From an uncultured Planctomycetaceae bacterium (GTDB lineage Bacteria; Planctomycetota; Planctomycetia; Isosphaerales; Isosphaeraceae), in assembly GCA_963833985.1 (NCBI GenBank), contig CAWIAD010000002.1, forward strand, positions 2,528,001-2,592,000: a stretch of DNA of 64,000 nucleotides, in the 5' to 3' direction. Position numbers and translations under genes: made by a program. Shown piece by piece: positions 21,531-32,436 of this stretch. How positions within the stretch are numbered: the first letter of the stretch is position 1; each line of letters begins with the position of its first letter. Under the pieces are notes generated by a model, which saw nothing but the letters and a program-made list of their open reading frames with translations, searched no databases and was not told the DNA's origin.

Positions 21531-21909
21531 GGGCGAGCATGGGATTCGCTTGCTGAGCCGATCAACGGACGCCCTGGGAGCGGGTCAGGTCGTCACAGGC
21601 TTCAATCAGAGTGCTGCGCGGAATGGCTCGCCATGACGTTCACGCATCGGTCGCAGCGCGTCGGGATCTGCGGGTTCTGACCGACGCTGGGCCGATAGTT
21701 CCAGTGCAGGCTAAATTACCCGTCCTCTCTTTCCCCTTGTTCAGCAGCTCGGATATCCGCTCGTGCTGGTCAACTGGCGGATTTGATCGCCCCCCGCGAC
21801 TACCAAGAGAGCGGGCCGTTGTGGAAGGGATAACGCGACGCGACTGACATATCGTCAATGAAGCTTTGTTCTCCTGTTAAATCCAGCACTATGATCTCGC
21901 TTTTAACGT

Positions 21910-22551
21910 CTATTCCCTGTACCCCTTCCAGGTCTTCATCACCTCGAGACTTGACAGCGTTAGCATATATTCGCAGAGGTCCGCATAATCGTCTCCCGCC
22001 TCCGGCGACCAGCGATCGACAATGTGGTACGTACCGGCCATGACGCTCTCAAGAATGACTTGGTCGCCATCCAGACCATAGATTTCAGATTTTTCGGTGG
22101 GCAACTTCCAGGGTTTGGCCTTGTCCAGCCGCCTTTGGAATTCATCCCACTGCTGCTTGCTCAACCTGGTGTTCTTGCTATCAGCGATCTTTCCGGGTTC
22201 GTAGCCCCCGCGTCCGTCGAGCAAGACGGCTCGAAGAATCGCTCCTTCCGAGGACTTATCCAGTCGCACAGAGACGGGGTGGTGGAACGTGGGTAGCCAC
22301 AACAAGCGATACACAGTCGATGACCGGTTCTCCTGAGACAACTTCCACAACGATTGTTGCTTCATCGCCTTCAGGTGCTCGGAGTACCATGCGACGATGA
22401 AGTCATTGCCGGCCCTGTCGGCTTTGAAAGCAAGATCGGGGAAGAAGGGCTCGTCTTCTTTGGCCATGCCATCCGCGCGGATGAGACCGACTGCCACGAG
22501 CACCGCGGCAGCCATCATCTGTCTTCGAGTGCTGATACGAGGAATCTGCAT
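21910..22551 (-). CDS. Secreted hypothetical protein
   Basis: Signal-like N-terminus; YRLLWLPTFHHP, GLDG, VDRWSP; lower GC than core genes. Confidence 0.7.
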   Translation of the reverse strand: MQIPRISTRRQMMAAAVLVAVGLIRADGMAKEDEPFFPDLAFKADRAGNDFIVAWYSEHLKAMKQQSLWKLSQENRSSTVYRLLWLPTFHHPVSVRLDKSSEGAILRAVLLDGRGGYEPGKIADSKNTRLSKQQWDEFQRRLDKAKPWKLPTEKSEIYGLDGDQVILESVMAGTYHIVDRWSPEAGDDYADLCEYMLTLSSLEVMKTWKGYRE

Positions 22552-22641
22552 GGCCGCCTGTCGAGAAGCCTGATTTCCACTTCGCCGGTGAGTTGGCGCC
22601 GGGCCGTGGCTTGAGAAGAAGGTTCCAACTCCGTTGAGTTA

Positions 22642-22920
22642 TCACTTCCCTGGGTTTGTGTGTTTCACAAGTGCGCGTAATCGGTCCACGTCAATCTTGA
22701 GCGGTGGCATGCCTGCGTCATCACGCTTCAGGTTCGCGGGAGCGGCTTCGATCTTCGAGACCTTCGCGACGACGATCAGCTCGCTGTATGCCGCCATGTC
22801 TTTGACCTCGACATTTCCGACGTCCGCCCTTGAGCCAGCCGGGAGACAGAGCCAGGCAACGAGGGCTATCAGCCAGCGAGGTCTGGAATTGCTCGTCCAA
22901 ACCTGTCCGAACGACGTCAT
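22642..22920 (-). CDS. Short secreted hypothetical protein, probably truncated
   Basis: GGAGG RBS, signal peptide, SELIVVAKV. Confidence 0.4.
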   Translation of the reverse strand: MTSFGQVWTSNSRPRWLIALVAWLCLPAGSRADVGNVEVKDMAAYSELIVVAKVSKIEAAPANLKRDDAGMPPLKIDVDRLRALVKHTNPGK

Positions 22921-23705
22921 GTCTTACACCCTCCATCCTGTTTCAGCCGTCCATGGCGGAATTCCGGCCCCGATTTCGACACCATCCGTCCATGTTCCGC
23001 CGTCATGCTGCCCCGAGGTGTTTGTTACACCTATCGATCATCCGGGACGGAATTCCCATCGATTTACCACACAGAGGGCGACAGGGCCATCCAGGTTGGT
23101 TCCCAGTGGCCCGCGACGCGTAGCTGCTCCGGCGTCGCTCAGGCCATCCTTGTCGATGAGCAGGCGTCCGGGCGACCGAGTTCTCCTTCCCTTCCCTTCA
23201 GGACAGGCATCAGGGGGCGGACCGCCGCAAGGGCGAACGGCAACCCGGAATCGGCGCGGTTGCCGGCGTTTCCACCGTAGACTGAATATGACGGGGCAGT
23301 GCGGATGCTCTTTCATAATCCGGTGATGGAAAGGACCAGTGCGCTGCCGCGGCAGCCGGGCAGCGCACTGGATCGGCGGGGCTTTTCGCCGGGCAGCCGG
23401 GCTCGAGAAGGCAGTGAGCAGTCTCAAGAATGGCCGAACGAACCCATTCGAAAAAGGCGACTTAAGTTTATTGATGCGAAGGAGTAAGGTCCGGTGGCTT
23501 CGACCGTGTCATCCTGAGAACGAACCCAAAATCCTCGCGGTGGCCGGCCTGAGCCGGCTCCGGACCCTGGGCCCGGCCGCGGGCAGGGTCTTTCCCGGCA
23601 GCAGGTTGACCATGGGTGAGGCGGCCGCGGAGAATCAGGCTGGTCCGTGATGATCCGCGGCCGTGCCAGAGGCCGAACGTCCCAGAGGCTGGAGAGACCA
23701 CCTCC

Positions 23706-24773
23706 ATGAACCGCCCGCCGATCGATCTCAGGTCTGACACCGTGACACGGCCGACCCCCGCGATGCGCAGGGCCATGGCGGAGGCGGAGGTGGGCGACGA
23801 CGTGTTTGGCGACGACCCCACGGTGCACGCACTCGAGGGCCGCACGGCGGAACTGCTGGGCAAGGAGGCGGCGGTGTTTGTTCCCTCGGGAACAATGGCC
23901 AACCAGATCGCCGTCGGCGTGCACACCCGTCCCGGCGATGAGCTGATCTGCGCCGGGACGGCACACGTCTATGTCTGGGAAGCCGGGGGGATCGCGCGGC
24001 TCTCGGGCGTCACGGCACGCACGTTCGAGGGCGATTTCGGCCTTCTGAGCGCGGACGAGATCCGCGACGCCATCCGCCCGGACGACATCCATTATGTCCG
24101 GAGCCGCCTGGTCTGGCTCGAGAATACCCACAATCGCGGGGGCGGGCGAATTCATCCCATCGAGCAGATCGCGGCCATCCGGCACTGGGCGCGCGAGCAT
24201 CGGCTGGCGATGCACCTGGACGGCGCCCGGCTGATGAACGCGGTGGTGGCGACAAAGCGGCCGGCAAGGGAGTGGGCCCAGCACTTCGACACGGTTTCGA
24301 TCTGCTTCTCGAAGGGCCTGGGTGCGCCGGTCGGCTCGGCACTGGCGGGATCGGCCGAGGCCATCCAGCAGGCGCGCCGGCTGCGCAAGGTCTTCGGCGG
24401 CGGGATGCGGCAGGCGGGGATCATCGCCGCGGGCGCACTGCACGCCCTGGAGCACCATGTCGACCGCCTGGCCGAGGACCACGCCCACGCCCAGATGCTT
24501 GCCGAGGCGTTCGAGGGCACGGAGGGATTCGCGCTGGAGTCCGGTCCGGTGCAGACGAACCTGGTCTGGGTGCGGGTGGACCCGGCGCTGGGGACGGCGG
24601 CCGAGGTGGCCGCGTACCTCAAGTCGCGGGGGATCCTGGTCGCGGCGCTCGGGGCGCAGGTGATCCGGGCCTGCACGCATCTGGATGTCACTTCCGCGGA
24701 GATCGGCTACGCCGCCAGCGTGATCCGCCAGGTCGAGCCGGCCATGATCACGGCGGTGACGCTGGTCTACTGA
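23706..24773 (+). CDS. ltaE: Low-specificity L-threonine aldolase
   Basis: [38 protein letters not shown]. Confidence 0.92.
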   Translation: MNRPPIDLRSDTVTRPTPAMRRAMAEAEVGDDVFGDDPTVHALEGRTAELLGKEAAVFVPSGTMANQIAVGVHTRPGDELICAGTAHVYVWEAGGIARLSGVTARTFEGDFGLLSADEIRDAIRPDDIHYVRSRLVWLENTHNRGGGRIHPIEQIAAIRHWAREHRLAMHLDGARLMNAVVATKRPAREWAQHFDTVSICFSKGLGAPVGSALAGSAEAIQQARRLRKVFGGGMRQAGIIAAGALHALEHHVDRLAEDHAHAQMLAEAFEGTEGFALESGPVQTNLVWVRVDPALGTAAEVAAYLKSRGILVAALGAQVIRACTHLDVTSAEIGYAASVIRQVEPAMITAVTLVY

Positions 24774-24940
24774 TTGGTGGACCTTCGCATCCGCGACCCT
24801 CTTCGGATTGCCGTTGCCGGTTCTTGAGGATTTGACTAAAGTTCCGGCCGGGTGGAACCGCGGGTCGCCGCGGCGTCGGGCCGTACGTCCGGGGCGGGCG
24901 AACTTCACCGAGTGACTGTTCACGGAAGAGCAGTGTGGGG

Positions 24941-25367
24941 ATGAAGCGCCTGGCCGCGGTTTGCACTGTGATCGTCCTGACGACGCCCCTGGCGGGATGC
25001 GGGCTGGGCCCGCGCAATTTCCGCAAGATCACGCATCCGGCGCCGCTGGTTCGGGCGCGTGCCGTCAGCCTGGGCGACTCCAGGCCGGACGCTGTCGTGA
25101 TCCCGGCTCTGGTCGGCCGCATGAACGACCCGGACGTCGTGGTTCGGATGGCCGCGAATGAAGAGCTGAAGCGCCGGACCGGACAGGATTTCGGCTTTCA
25201 GGCGTGGGCCAGCTCTCCGGAGCGTGCCAACGCCGTGGCGCTGGCGGGCCTGGCTGGACGGCGGGCGGACTGCGCGTGGACCAACGCCCGCTCAACCGAG
25301 AAAAAGCTTGCCCCGGCCGTCGCCTCAAGGACGCACTGGCGGCCCGGCAGGAGGACCCTGGCCATGA
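24941..25367 (+). CDS. HEAT-repeat lipoprotein (apparent frameshift ~25240)
   Basis: Lipobox LAG|C; VRARAV..ALVGRMNDPDVVVRMAA; the shifted frame continues WRAWLDG to a TGA overlapping the next ATG. Confidence 0.7.
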
Positions 25368-26302
25368 CCACAAGCGCCACCGCAATCGCCTCCGCTCCGG
25401 CTTCCGCTTCCGGCGTGCCGTTCTGGCTGAGCCCGATTGCCTGGCTGGGCCGGAGCGTCATCGGCGTGCTGTCGTACCTGGGGGGAGTGACGGCCCTGTT
25501 CGTGTCGGCCTGGACCTCGCTCCTGCGCTTCCCCCGCAGCGCGGAGCGGCCGCTCTTCTGGCCCGTGCTGAAAGAGGAGCTCTGGTGGCTGCTCCTGTTC
25601 GGGATTCCGCTGGTCGGCCTGGTGCACGTGGCCATGGGCTCGTTCCTGTCGATGCAGGCCTACTTCGGCAGCACGTTCCTGGACGGGACCGGCGCGGTGG
25701 TCGGCGTCGGGCTGTTGCGTAACCTGGCCACGCTCATGACCGGGCTGACCATGTCCGGACTGCTCGCCTGCCGCTTCATCCCTCTGCGGCTGGGACTGGC
25801 GCCCGCACGGAGCCCGGACGACCCGGACGCGGCCGACGAGCCGGGACAGGACGTACCGCCCGCTCGGCTGGCGGCGCCCCGTATCATCGCCGCGGGGCTG
25901 GCCTCCATGCTGCTGGCGCTCTGGGGGTTCGTGGTCGGCACCGCGGTGGGCTGGCAGGCGGCCGGCACGCTGATGGGCTTGTCGTCCACCATGTATTTTC
26001 AGATGTTCTACCTGATGATCTGGTTCCGCGACGTGGTGGGTATGATCGTCAAGGGGCTGCTGTTCGGGATCTTCCCGGCGACGATCTGCTGTTTCGAATC
26101 GCTGCGGGCCGCCCGACGGATGGCGGCCGGGACCGGGAGTGAAGCAGACCACACGGCCGTGGCGGCGCTGACGGCACCCGTCGTGCGCGGGGCTTGCCTG
26201 TCGATGGTGTCGATCTTGCTGCTGAACATGACCTGGTTCTTGCTGGTCTACCATGCGGTACCGGTTTACGGGCCGTCGCTCTTGCAACCGCCAACGCCCT
26301 GA
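25364..26302 (+). CDS. MlaE-family permease (divergent)
   Basis: GGAGG RBS; QAYFG..GAVVGVGLLRNLA, PRIIAA, KGLLFG; directly upstream of an MCE gene. Confidence 0.8.
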   Translation: MTTSATAIASAPASASGVPFWLSPIAWLGRSVIGVLSYLGGVTALFVSAWTSLLRFPRSAERPLFWPVLKEELWWLLLFGIPLVGLVHVAMGSFLSMQAYFGSTFLDGTGAVVGVGLLRNLATLMTGLTMSGLLACRFIPLRLGLAPARSPDDPDAADEPGQDVPPARLAAPRIIAAGLASMLLALWGFVVGTAVGWQAAGTLMGLSSTMYFQMFYLMIWFRDVVGMIVKGLLFGIFPATICCFESLRAARRMAAGTGSEADHTAVAALTAPVVRGACLSMVSILLLNMTWFLLVYHAVPVYGPSLLQPPTP

Positions 26303-26354
26303 TCAAACGCCGGCTCGCCCCGGCGCGTGATCATCAAGGGGAGGGAACCCCACG

Positions 26355-27641
26355 ATGAGTGCTCGAACTGCGGTACGGGACGTCACGGTGGGCCTGGTCG
26401 TCATAGCGGCCCTGGCCGGGCTGCTGGCGCTCATGAGCGTGGCCAGCGACGGCCCCGGCTTCCTCGCCGCGCAGAAGACGATCGACGTCGTCTTCCGCGA
26501 CGGCCAGGGCATCCGGGTCGGCAGCCCGGTGCGGGTGGCCGGGCTGGACGCGGGCAACGTCGTGGACCTGGACCTGGTTGAGGTGGAGGGAAGCCTGCGG
26601 GCACGGGTGCGGATCTCGCTGCCGGTGACCCTGGTCAAGAAGCTGCGCCAGGACGTGAAGATCAGCATCACCCAGGGGCTGACGGGGATGAGCCACGTGA
26701 ACATCGTGGCCACGGGCAAGTCGGCCGTCAGCCTTGTGCCCGGCCAGTCGATCCCGGGGGTCGAGAGCTCGTTCTTCGACCCGATCATCGAGCAGGTGGG
26801 TCTGGGCCCGGTCGAGCGCAGTCATCTCAGCCATACCATTGCGGAGGTCCGCCAGACGGTCGACGCCATCGGTCCGCGGCTCCAGCAAATGCTCACCGCG
26901 TTCCAGGAAACCTCGGGGAACCTGAAGGACATGAGCGAGTCCATCCGGCCCGCGGTCGAGTCCACGGTGGGCCACGTGGAGGACCTGTCCCGGCGGATCA
27001 GCGCGAACGCCCCCAAGATTGAAGCCACGCTCGCCAGGCTGGAAGCCATCACCCGGCAGGCGGACGGGATCCTGGGTGAGAACCGTGACAACTTGCGTGC
27101 CAGCATGGCATCGGTGCGCGACCTGACCTACTCGGTGAACGACGTCGTGGCCAAGGACCGCGTCAAGGTGGAGAAGCTGCTCGAGGGCGTGGACATGACC
27201 CGGGCCCGGGCCGACCGCGTGCTCTACCAGGCGGACGTGATCGCCGGCCAGGGAGTGCAGATCATGTCTCGCAGCCGCACCGAGATCGAGCGTTCGGTCA
27301 CGAACGTCCGCGATGCGACCGACTGGGGAAACCGGCTGGTCCAGAAACTCTTCACCAATCCGTTCGTGCTGAGCCCATTCTACAAGCCGTCGAGCGACGA
27401 CCTCCGCGTCGAGTCGATCTACAACACGGCCCAGGTCTTCGCCAGAGGGGCGCAGGAGCTCAACGACGCGGTCAAGACGCTGCAAAGCGTGCGGGCGCAA
27501 CCGAGAACACCGGATCAGCAGCAGGAGGTGCTGCAATTGCAGCAAAAGGCGATGGCGCTCACGGAGCAGCTTGGCCAGACGTCGGCCCTGCTGGCCGAAG
27601 GGCTGAAGCGGCCGGCGGATGCAAACCGCCGCAGGCGTTGA
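26355..27641 (+). CDS. MlaD/MCE-family protein with long helical C-terminus
   Basis: N-terminal TM; F..GQGIRVGSPVRVAG..G.V; GLTG. Confidence 0.88.
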   Translation: MSARTAVRDVTVGLVVIAALAGLLALMSVASDGPGFLAAQKTIDVVFRDGQGIRVGSPVRVAGLDAGNVVDLDLVEVEGSLRARVRISLPVTLVKKLRQDVKISITQGLTGMSHVNIVATGKSAVSLVPGQSIPGVESSFFDPIIEQVGLGPVERSHLSHTIAEVRQTVDAIGPRLQQMLTAFQETSGNLKDMSESIRPAVESTVGHVEDLSRRISANAPKIEATLARLEAITRQADGILGENRDNLRASMASVRDLTYSVNDVVAKDRVKVEKLLEGVDMTRARADRVLYQADVIAGQGVQIMSRSRTEIERSVTNVRDATDWGNRLVQKLFTNPFVLSPFYKPSSDDLRVESIYNTAQVFARGAQELNDAVKTLQSVRAQPRTPDQQQEVLQLQQKAMALTEQLGQTSALLAEGLKRPADANRRRR

Positions 27642-27687
27642 GGCAGCGATCCCGGTTCGGGCGAACGGCGGATTTTCCCGATTTTGG

Positions 27688-27716
27688 TCAAGGTCCCCCA
27701 AGCTTCACGCCGATAA
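27688..27716 (+). promoter_or_regulatory. Sigma28 (FliA)-type promoter
   Basis: Perfect -10 GCCGATAA at 27709-16; TCAAG at 27688-92 with slightly long spacing; upstream of the flgM-like gene. Confidence 0.6.
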
Positions 27717-27895
27717 CTCAAACAAGCGACGTCCGGCAACGGGCGTGCAGGCGTGGACGGGAACCGGAGTCAGGAGATCCGACTGTCGTCAGCCGGCTCA
27801 CCAACTCGTGTCGGCTCCGAACAAGCACAACATGAGCAACACCCGGAACTGCCGAGGGTGGAGCCATCGGTCAGAGCACCAATTTGGGAGGCCCA

Positions 27896-28180
27896 ATGGA
27901 AATTTTCGGTGCAGGGGGAACACAAGGCCCTCAACCCATCTTCCCGCGACTGAGCGCCTTTGGCGTGGACGCCGGACAGACGATTCACGCAGGCGCCCCG
28001 CGTGACCACGTGGAGATCTCGCCGCTGGGACAGATGCTTGACGGCATCAGCCAGTTGCCCGAGATCCGCCATGAAAAGGTGGAAGAGATTCGCCGCCAGA
28101 TCGCCAGTGGGGCCTACGAGACCCCGGAAAAGCTGGAGCTCGCACTCGATCGCATGCTCGACGAGCTGATCGGCCGCTGA
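27896..28180 (+). CDS. flgM: FlgM-like anti-sigma28 factor
   Basis: DHVEIS..IRHEKVEEIRRQIASGAYE. Confidence 0.8.
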   Translation: MEIFGAGGTQGPQPIFPRLSAFGVDAGQTIHAGAPRDHVEISPLGQMLDGISQLPEIRHEKVEEIRRQIASGAYETPEKLELALDRMLDELIGR

Positions 28181-28403
28181 GCTCCGGCCGGTCACGGCAC
28201 CCGAACAAAATGATCCGACGTTCAAGCCGCCGCCAGGCCTGCCCTGGCAGCGGCTTGGTGGCGTTTGGTGCGGTTGAGAGGCGCGTGCCCGGGGAATTCC
28301 CAGGTCCCGGTCGGGACCTTCTTGGCAAGTCCACAGGTTTGCGGAAGAATACGATCTCTGTCCGGATCAGGACGTCGATGTTTCAGCCGAGGAGGCCACG
28401 GAC

Positions 28404-30023
28404 GTGGATCCGCTGCCCGGTAATTCAGCCGCACTGACCCCTGCCGCGAGCCCGAACTCGAATGCCTCGGTGATCGCGTCAGCCGCGCCGGATCGACCGG
28501 GAGACCCGGCTCCCGCAACCAGCGCAAAACCCCCCGCGCCGTTAACCGGTGACGAGCAGGTGCTGGTGGGAGTGTTGATCAAACGCGGACTGGTGACGTC
28601 CGACCAGGTGCGCTCGGCCCAGGAATACGGCGCCGCGCATCACCGCGACCTGCGGCAATCGATCCTCGAGCTGAACCTCATCTCGCCCGAGCTGCTCAAC
28701 GAGCTGGCCTTCGAGCGGCTCGCGGCCATGGCCCGCGACGTCCCCGAGAAGGTTGTTCCCCTCAAGCCGCAGGCGCCGGTGCCGATCTCGTCGGTTCCCC
28801 TCCTGCCCGATCGCACGCAGCATCACCGCGACGTGCGCAAGGAGCTCCAGGAGGCCACCCTGACCGCGCCCTTGCCCATCGTGGTGGGGCAGATCCTGGA
28901 ACGCGCCTTCGACTGCCGCGCCACCGACATCCACTTTGATTCGCAGGAGACCGGCCTGCGGGTGCGCTACCGGATTGACGGCCAGCTCCAGGACATCCTC
29001 TTCGTCGAGACGGCGATGGCCAATGCCATGATCAGCCGGCTCAAGGTGATGTCCAACCTGAACATCGTGGAGCGCCGGCATTCCCAGGACGGGCGCATCT
29101 CGATCATGCACCACAACCGGCCGCGCGACCTCCGCCTGGCCACGTTCCCCACGGTGCACGGCGAGAAGATCGTGATCCGGATTCATGAAGTCCTCACGGC
29201 CGTGGTCGGCTTCACGCACCTGGGGATGAGCCAGGAGCAGGCCGAAACCATGGACCGGCTGGTCGTTCAGCCCTACGGCGCCGTGCTGGTCGCGGGTCCG
29301 GTGGGGGCCGGCAAGACATCGACCCTGTACAACTGCCTCGAGCGGATCAATTCTCCGCTCCGCAACGTCATGACCATCGAGGACCCGATCGAGCACCGCA
29401 TCCCCGGCGTGAACCAGACTCAGATCAACAACCAGGGAGAGATGGGCTTCAGCGAGGGCTTGCGCGCCATGCTGCGGCAGGATCCGGACGTGATCATGAT
29501 TGGCGAGATCCGCGACGAGGAGACCGCGCGGATCGGCATCCGCGCGGCGCTCACCGGCGTGCTGGTCTTCAGCACCCTGCACGGGTCGGACTCGCCGAGC
29601 ACGATCAGCAACCTGTACAACTTCGGGATCCCCGGTTACCAGCTTTCCAGCAGTCTCCTGGCGATCGCTTCCCAGCGCCTGATCCGCAAGATTTGCCCGT
29701 ACTGCCGGGTCACCATCGCGGCCGACGAGAAGGTCCTCGTCGGGCTGGAGCTCGACCCGGACGAGCATCGCGATCTGCGGCTGCACCGCGGCCTGGGGTG
29801 CCCGGCCTGCTTTCAGACGGGTTACATGGGCCGTACGGGAATCTTCGAGATCATGCTGGTGGGAGAGGAGTTACGCGACTTGATCTTCCAGCAGATCCCC
29901 AAGGACGTGCTGCGCCGCGTGGCTGTTGACCTGGGAATGCGAACGTTGAAGCAGAGTGCGGTCGATAAGATTCTTGACGGCACGACGACGGTCGAGGAGG
30001 TGTACCGCGTCGTCTCGTTCTGA
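28404..30023 (+). CDS. GspE/PilB-type secretion or pilus-assembly ATPase
   Basis: ATDIH, Walker A GPVGAGKT, TIEDPIE, LRQDPDVIMIGEIRD, STLH, two CxxC. Confidence 0.92.
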   Translation: MDPLPGNSAALTPAASPNSNASVIASAAPDRPGDPAPATSAKPPAPLTGDEQVLVGVLIKRGLVTSDQVRSAQEYGAAHHRDLRQSILELNLISPELLNELAFERLAAMARDVPEKVVPLKPQAPVPISSVPLLPDRTQHHRDVRKELQEATLTAPLPIVVGQILERAFDCRATDIHFDSQETGLRVRYRIDGQLQDILFVETAMANAMISRLKVMSNLNIVERRHSQDGRISIMHHNRPRDLRLATFPTVHGEKIVIRIHEVLTAVVGFTHLGMSQEQAETMDRLVVQPYGAVLVAGPVGAGKTSTLYNCLERINSPLRNVMTIEDPIEHRIPGVNQTQINNQGEMGFSEGLRAMLRQDPDVIMIGEIRDEETARIGIRAALTGVLVFSTLHGSDSPSTISNLYNFGIPGYQLSSSLLAIASQRLIRKICPYCRVTIAADEKVLVGLELDPDEHRDLRLHRGLGCPACFQTGYMGRTGIFEIMLVGEELRDLIFQQIPKDVLRRVAVDLGMRTLKQSAVDKILDGTTTVEEVYRVVSF

Positions 30024-30112
30024 GGACCGGGACAAGCACAAGCTCGGAGGGGATTGACGGTCCTCCGGAACAGCCCGGGCCAGGTCGATGCAAACCGGCA
30101 AGGAGGTCGGCG

Positions 30113-31108
30113 ATGCGCGGCGGTTTCTGGAAGATGGGTGCCGCTCTGACGGCGTCGGGATGCCTGGCTCTTGGAGCGCTGGCGCCAGCGGCCCGGGCCG
30201 ATGACAATGGATTCTTCGGACGTCTGTTCCGGCTCGGCGGGAATTCGTCGCAGTCGTCCGGCGCGGCGGGCGGCTCCAGCAGCACCAGCCGGAACGGGTT
30301 TCCGGGCGGGCCAGCTCCCCGGTCGGCTGCCACGTCGGCTTCGGCCTACGGGGACATCGGCAGCGGAGGCTCGTTCATTCCCCCCGCCGGCAGCGTCTCC
30401 CGCGCTCCGAACCCGACGCCCGTGAGCGGGCCGATCTCCTCGGACGGGCCGTCCACCCCGGACATTTCCGGGACGCCGGATGCACATCCCAGGATCGCTC
30501 CGCGCCCGCGCACCAGCGCCGCGGTGACCTCGGCCGACCCGCTCCTGACCCGCATGGCCCTGGGCCGGTCGAACGACGGCAGCCAGTTCGCCATGCTGCT
30601 TCAGGTCTTCACGGACGGCACGGTGATCGACTCTGATGGCGTGCACCGGCTCTCGCCCGCCGACCTGCGGCCCCTGCTGGAGGCCACCCAGAACAGCGAA
30701 CTGGCGCGGGTGCGCGGCCATTGCGGCACGCCCTCGAGCGACTTCATCGAGTACGTCCACATCATCGTTTTCGAGCGCCGTATGGGCCGTCTTCAGGCCC
30801 ACGCGTTCTCGTACGCCGGTAATCCGCAAGGTTGTGACAGCGGCATCCGCTACCTGCACACCGCGATCGAGAACCTTCAGGCCAAGCTGAGCCGCCAGCC
30901 CGCATCGAGTGCCTCCGCGGCCGGAACCTCCTCATTGCTGGGCCCGGCTACCGGATCTCCGCGGCCCGCGGCCGCACCGTATGCGACGCCGGTTCCGCTC
31001 GGCGGATCAGCACTGGCCGCGCCGCCGCTCCCCGATCCGTCGGCAGTGCCCGGCGGAGGAGCCACGTCCGGCAGCGTCATCAGACTGACGCCTCTGCCAT
31101 TGCACTGA
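30113..31108 (+). CDS. Secreted hypothetical protein with low-complexity flanks
   Basis: AGGAGG RBS, signal peptide ending ARA|DD, central globular segment. Confidence 0.75.
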   Translation: MRGGFWKMGAALTASGCLALGALAPAARADDNGFFGRLFRLGGNSSQSSGAAGGSSSTSRNGFPGGPAPRSAATSASAYGDIGSGGSFIPPAGSVSRAPNPTPVSGPISSDGPSTPDISGTPDAHPRIAPRPRTSAAVTSADPLLTRMALGRSNDGSQFAMLLQVFTDGTVIDSDGVHRLSPADLRPLLEATQNSELARVRGHCGTPSSDFIEYVHIIVFERRMGRLQAHAFSYAGNPQGCDSGIRYLHTAIENLQAKLSRQPASSASAAGTSSLLGPATGSPRPAAAPYATPVPLGGSALAAPPLPDPSAVPGGGATSGSVIRLTPLPLH

Positions 31109-31535
31109 CCGGCGCATGCCACGGCACCAGCACAATCCTGGATCGGACGCCCAGCGTAGCAAATCGCCGTCGGAGACAGGCTCTCCGGCGCGGTCGGCCG
31201 TCGCTGGGCGCCCTGGTTTCGTGTATGCCTGGACAGCAAATTCCCGTTGCGGCGTTCGCCAGCGTGCGGCTGCCGGCGGCAGCGGAGGTCCGGCCACGGC
31301 CTTCGATTGGTCGCCCGGCGTTGCGTCTGCCCTCTCGCACGCTCTCCAGTCCCGGTCCGGGGTCCGACGGATGGTCAGTGCTCGAAATTTGCAGGGCACG
31401 CTGCTATGCTACGCGACAGAGACGCCTGCTCCCACTGTCTCCGGGACTCATCCGGCTCTGGCTGGAACCGCGACCTCGCTTCTTTGCTCGCTTTGAACAG
31501 GCACCGGTGCAAGGGTCGTAAAGGAAGCCGCCCCG

Positions 31536-32258
31536 ATGTGGTTGTACCGAGTGAACAAGATGGCCGGCCAGTTACTGAGGCCCTACTGGCGGCTGCACCT
31601 GGACTTCACGGCGGGGACAATTCCGCTGTCGGGCCCGCTCATCGTGGCGGCGAATCACCAGTCGTTTCTCGACCCCTGGTTCCTGGGATTCGTTTTTCCC
31701 AGGCCGGTCCGGTACCTGATGACGCATCACTGGTACTACCGCTCACCGCTCTGGACCCGCGCCTTCTCGGCCCTGGGAACATGCCCGGTGGCCAGCGGCT
31801 CCCCACGCGACACGGTGAGCGCGGTGCTCAGGCTGCTCGGCGAGGACCAGGTCGTGGGAATATTTCCCGAGGGGCGGATCGCGGCGGATGGCCGGCTGCA
31901 ACGCTTCCAGCCGGGACTCTCCTGGGTGGCCGCACTGAGCGGGGCGCCCGTACTGCCGGTGGGGATCCACGGCGCCTTCAACGCACTGCCGCGCCATCGC
32001 CGCGTTCCTCGGCCGGCAAGAGTGACCATCGCGGTGGGTGAAACGTGCGTCTTTCCCGGCTCACCACACGCCACGCGGCCTCCGCGTGGAATCGCCCAGC
32101 GGTTTATGGAGCAGGTTCAATCACAGGTTGCACACCTGTCCGGAGAGTCCGTGCCCGCACCACGCCGACGCCCGGGTGAGGATCTCCGTGATCGACTTCA
32201 TCACACCCGGCTGGCTGAAGCAGAGCCGTCAGCTCCCGCCCGACCTGCTGGACCCTGA
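31536..32258 (+). CDS. PlsC-family lysophospholipid acyltransferase
   Basis: NHQSFLD and IFPEGR motifs. Confidence 0.88.
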   Translation: MWLYRVNKMAGQLLRPYWRLHLDFTAGTIPLSGPLIVAANHQSFLDPWFLGFVFPRPVRYLMTHHWYYRSPLWTRAFSALGTCPVASGSPRDTVSAVLRLLGEDQVVGIFPEGRIAADGRLQRFQPGLSWVAALSGAPVLPVGIHGAFNALPRHRRVPRPARVTIAVGETCVFPGSPHATRPPRGIAQRFMEQVQSQVAHLSGESVPAPRRRPGEDLRDRLHHTRLAEAEPSAPARPAGP

Positions 32259-32436
32259 CAGCCTGGCATGAACCTGCGTGGGACCCGTGGAGCGCCTCCG
32301 TGGAGATGGGTCAATATGGGCGTTCGAGGCATGCTCGCGCTGTAGATTCAAGGGCTTCCTGGAACACATCCTGCGGAGCCGAGTTTTTCACCGGAAAATG
32401 GGATCCATGCGCGGTTCGATGAGGTGTCGAACGACT

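Noticed and set aside
23290..23530. Intergenic AACGAACCCA pair as an ncRNA or element
   Set aside because: Only two 10-bp matches; not enough to define an element from this window
24935..26302. HEAT-MlaE fusion protein (455 aa in the ORF track)
   Set aside because: A small indel near 25240 explains it; the MlaE part has its own RBS and ATGA overlap
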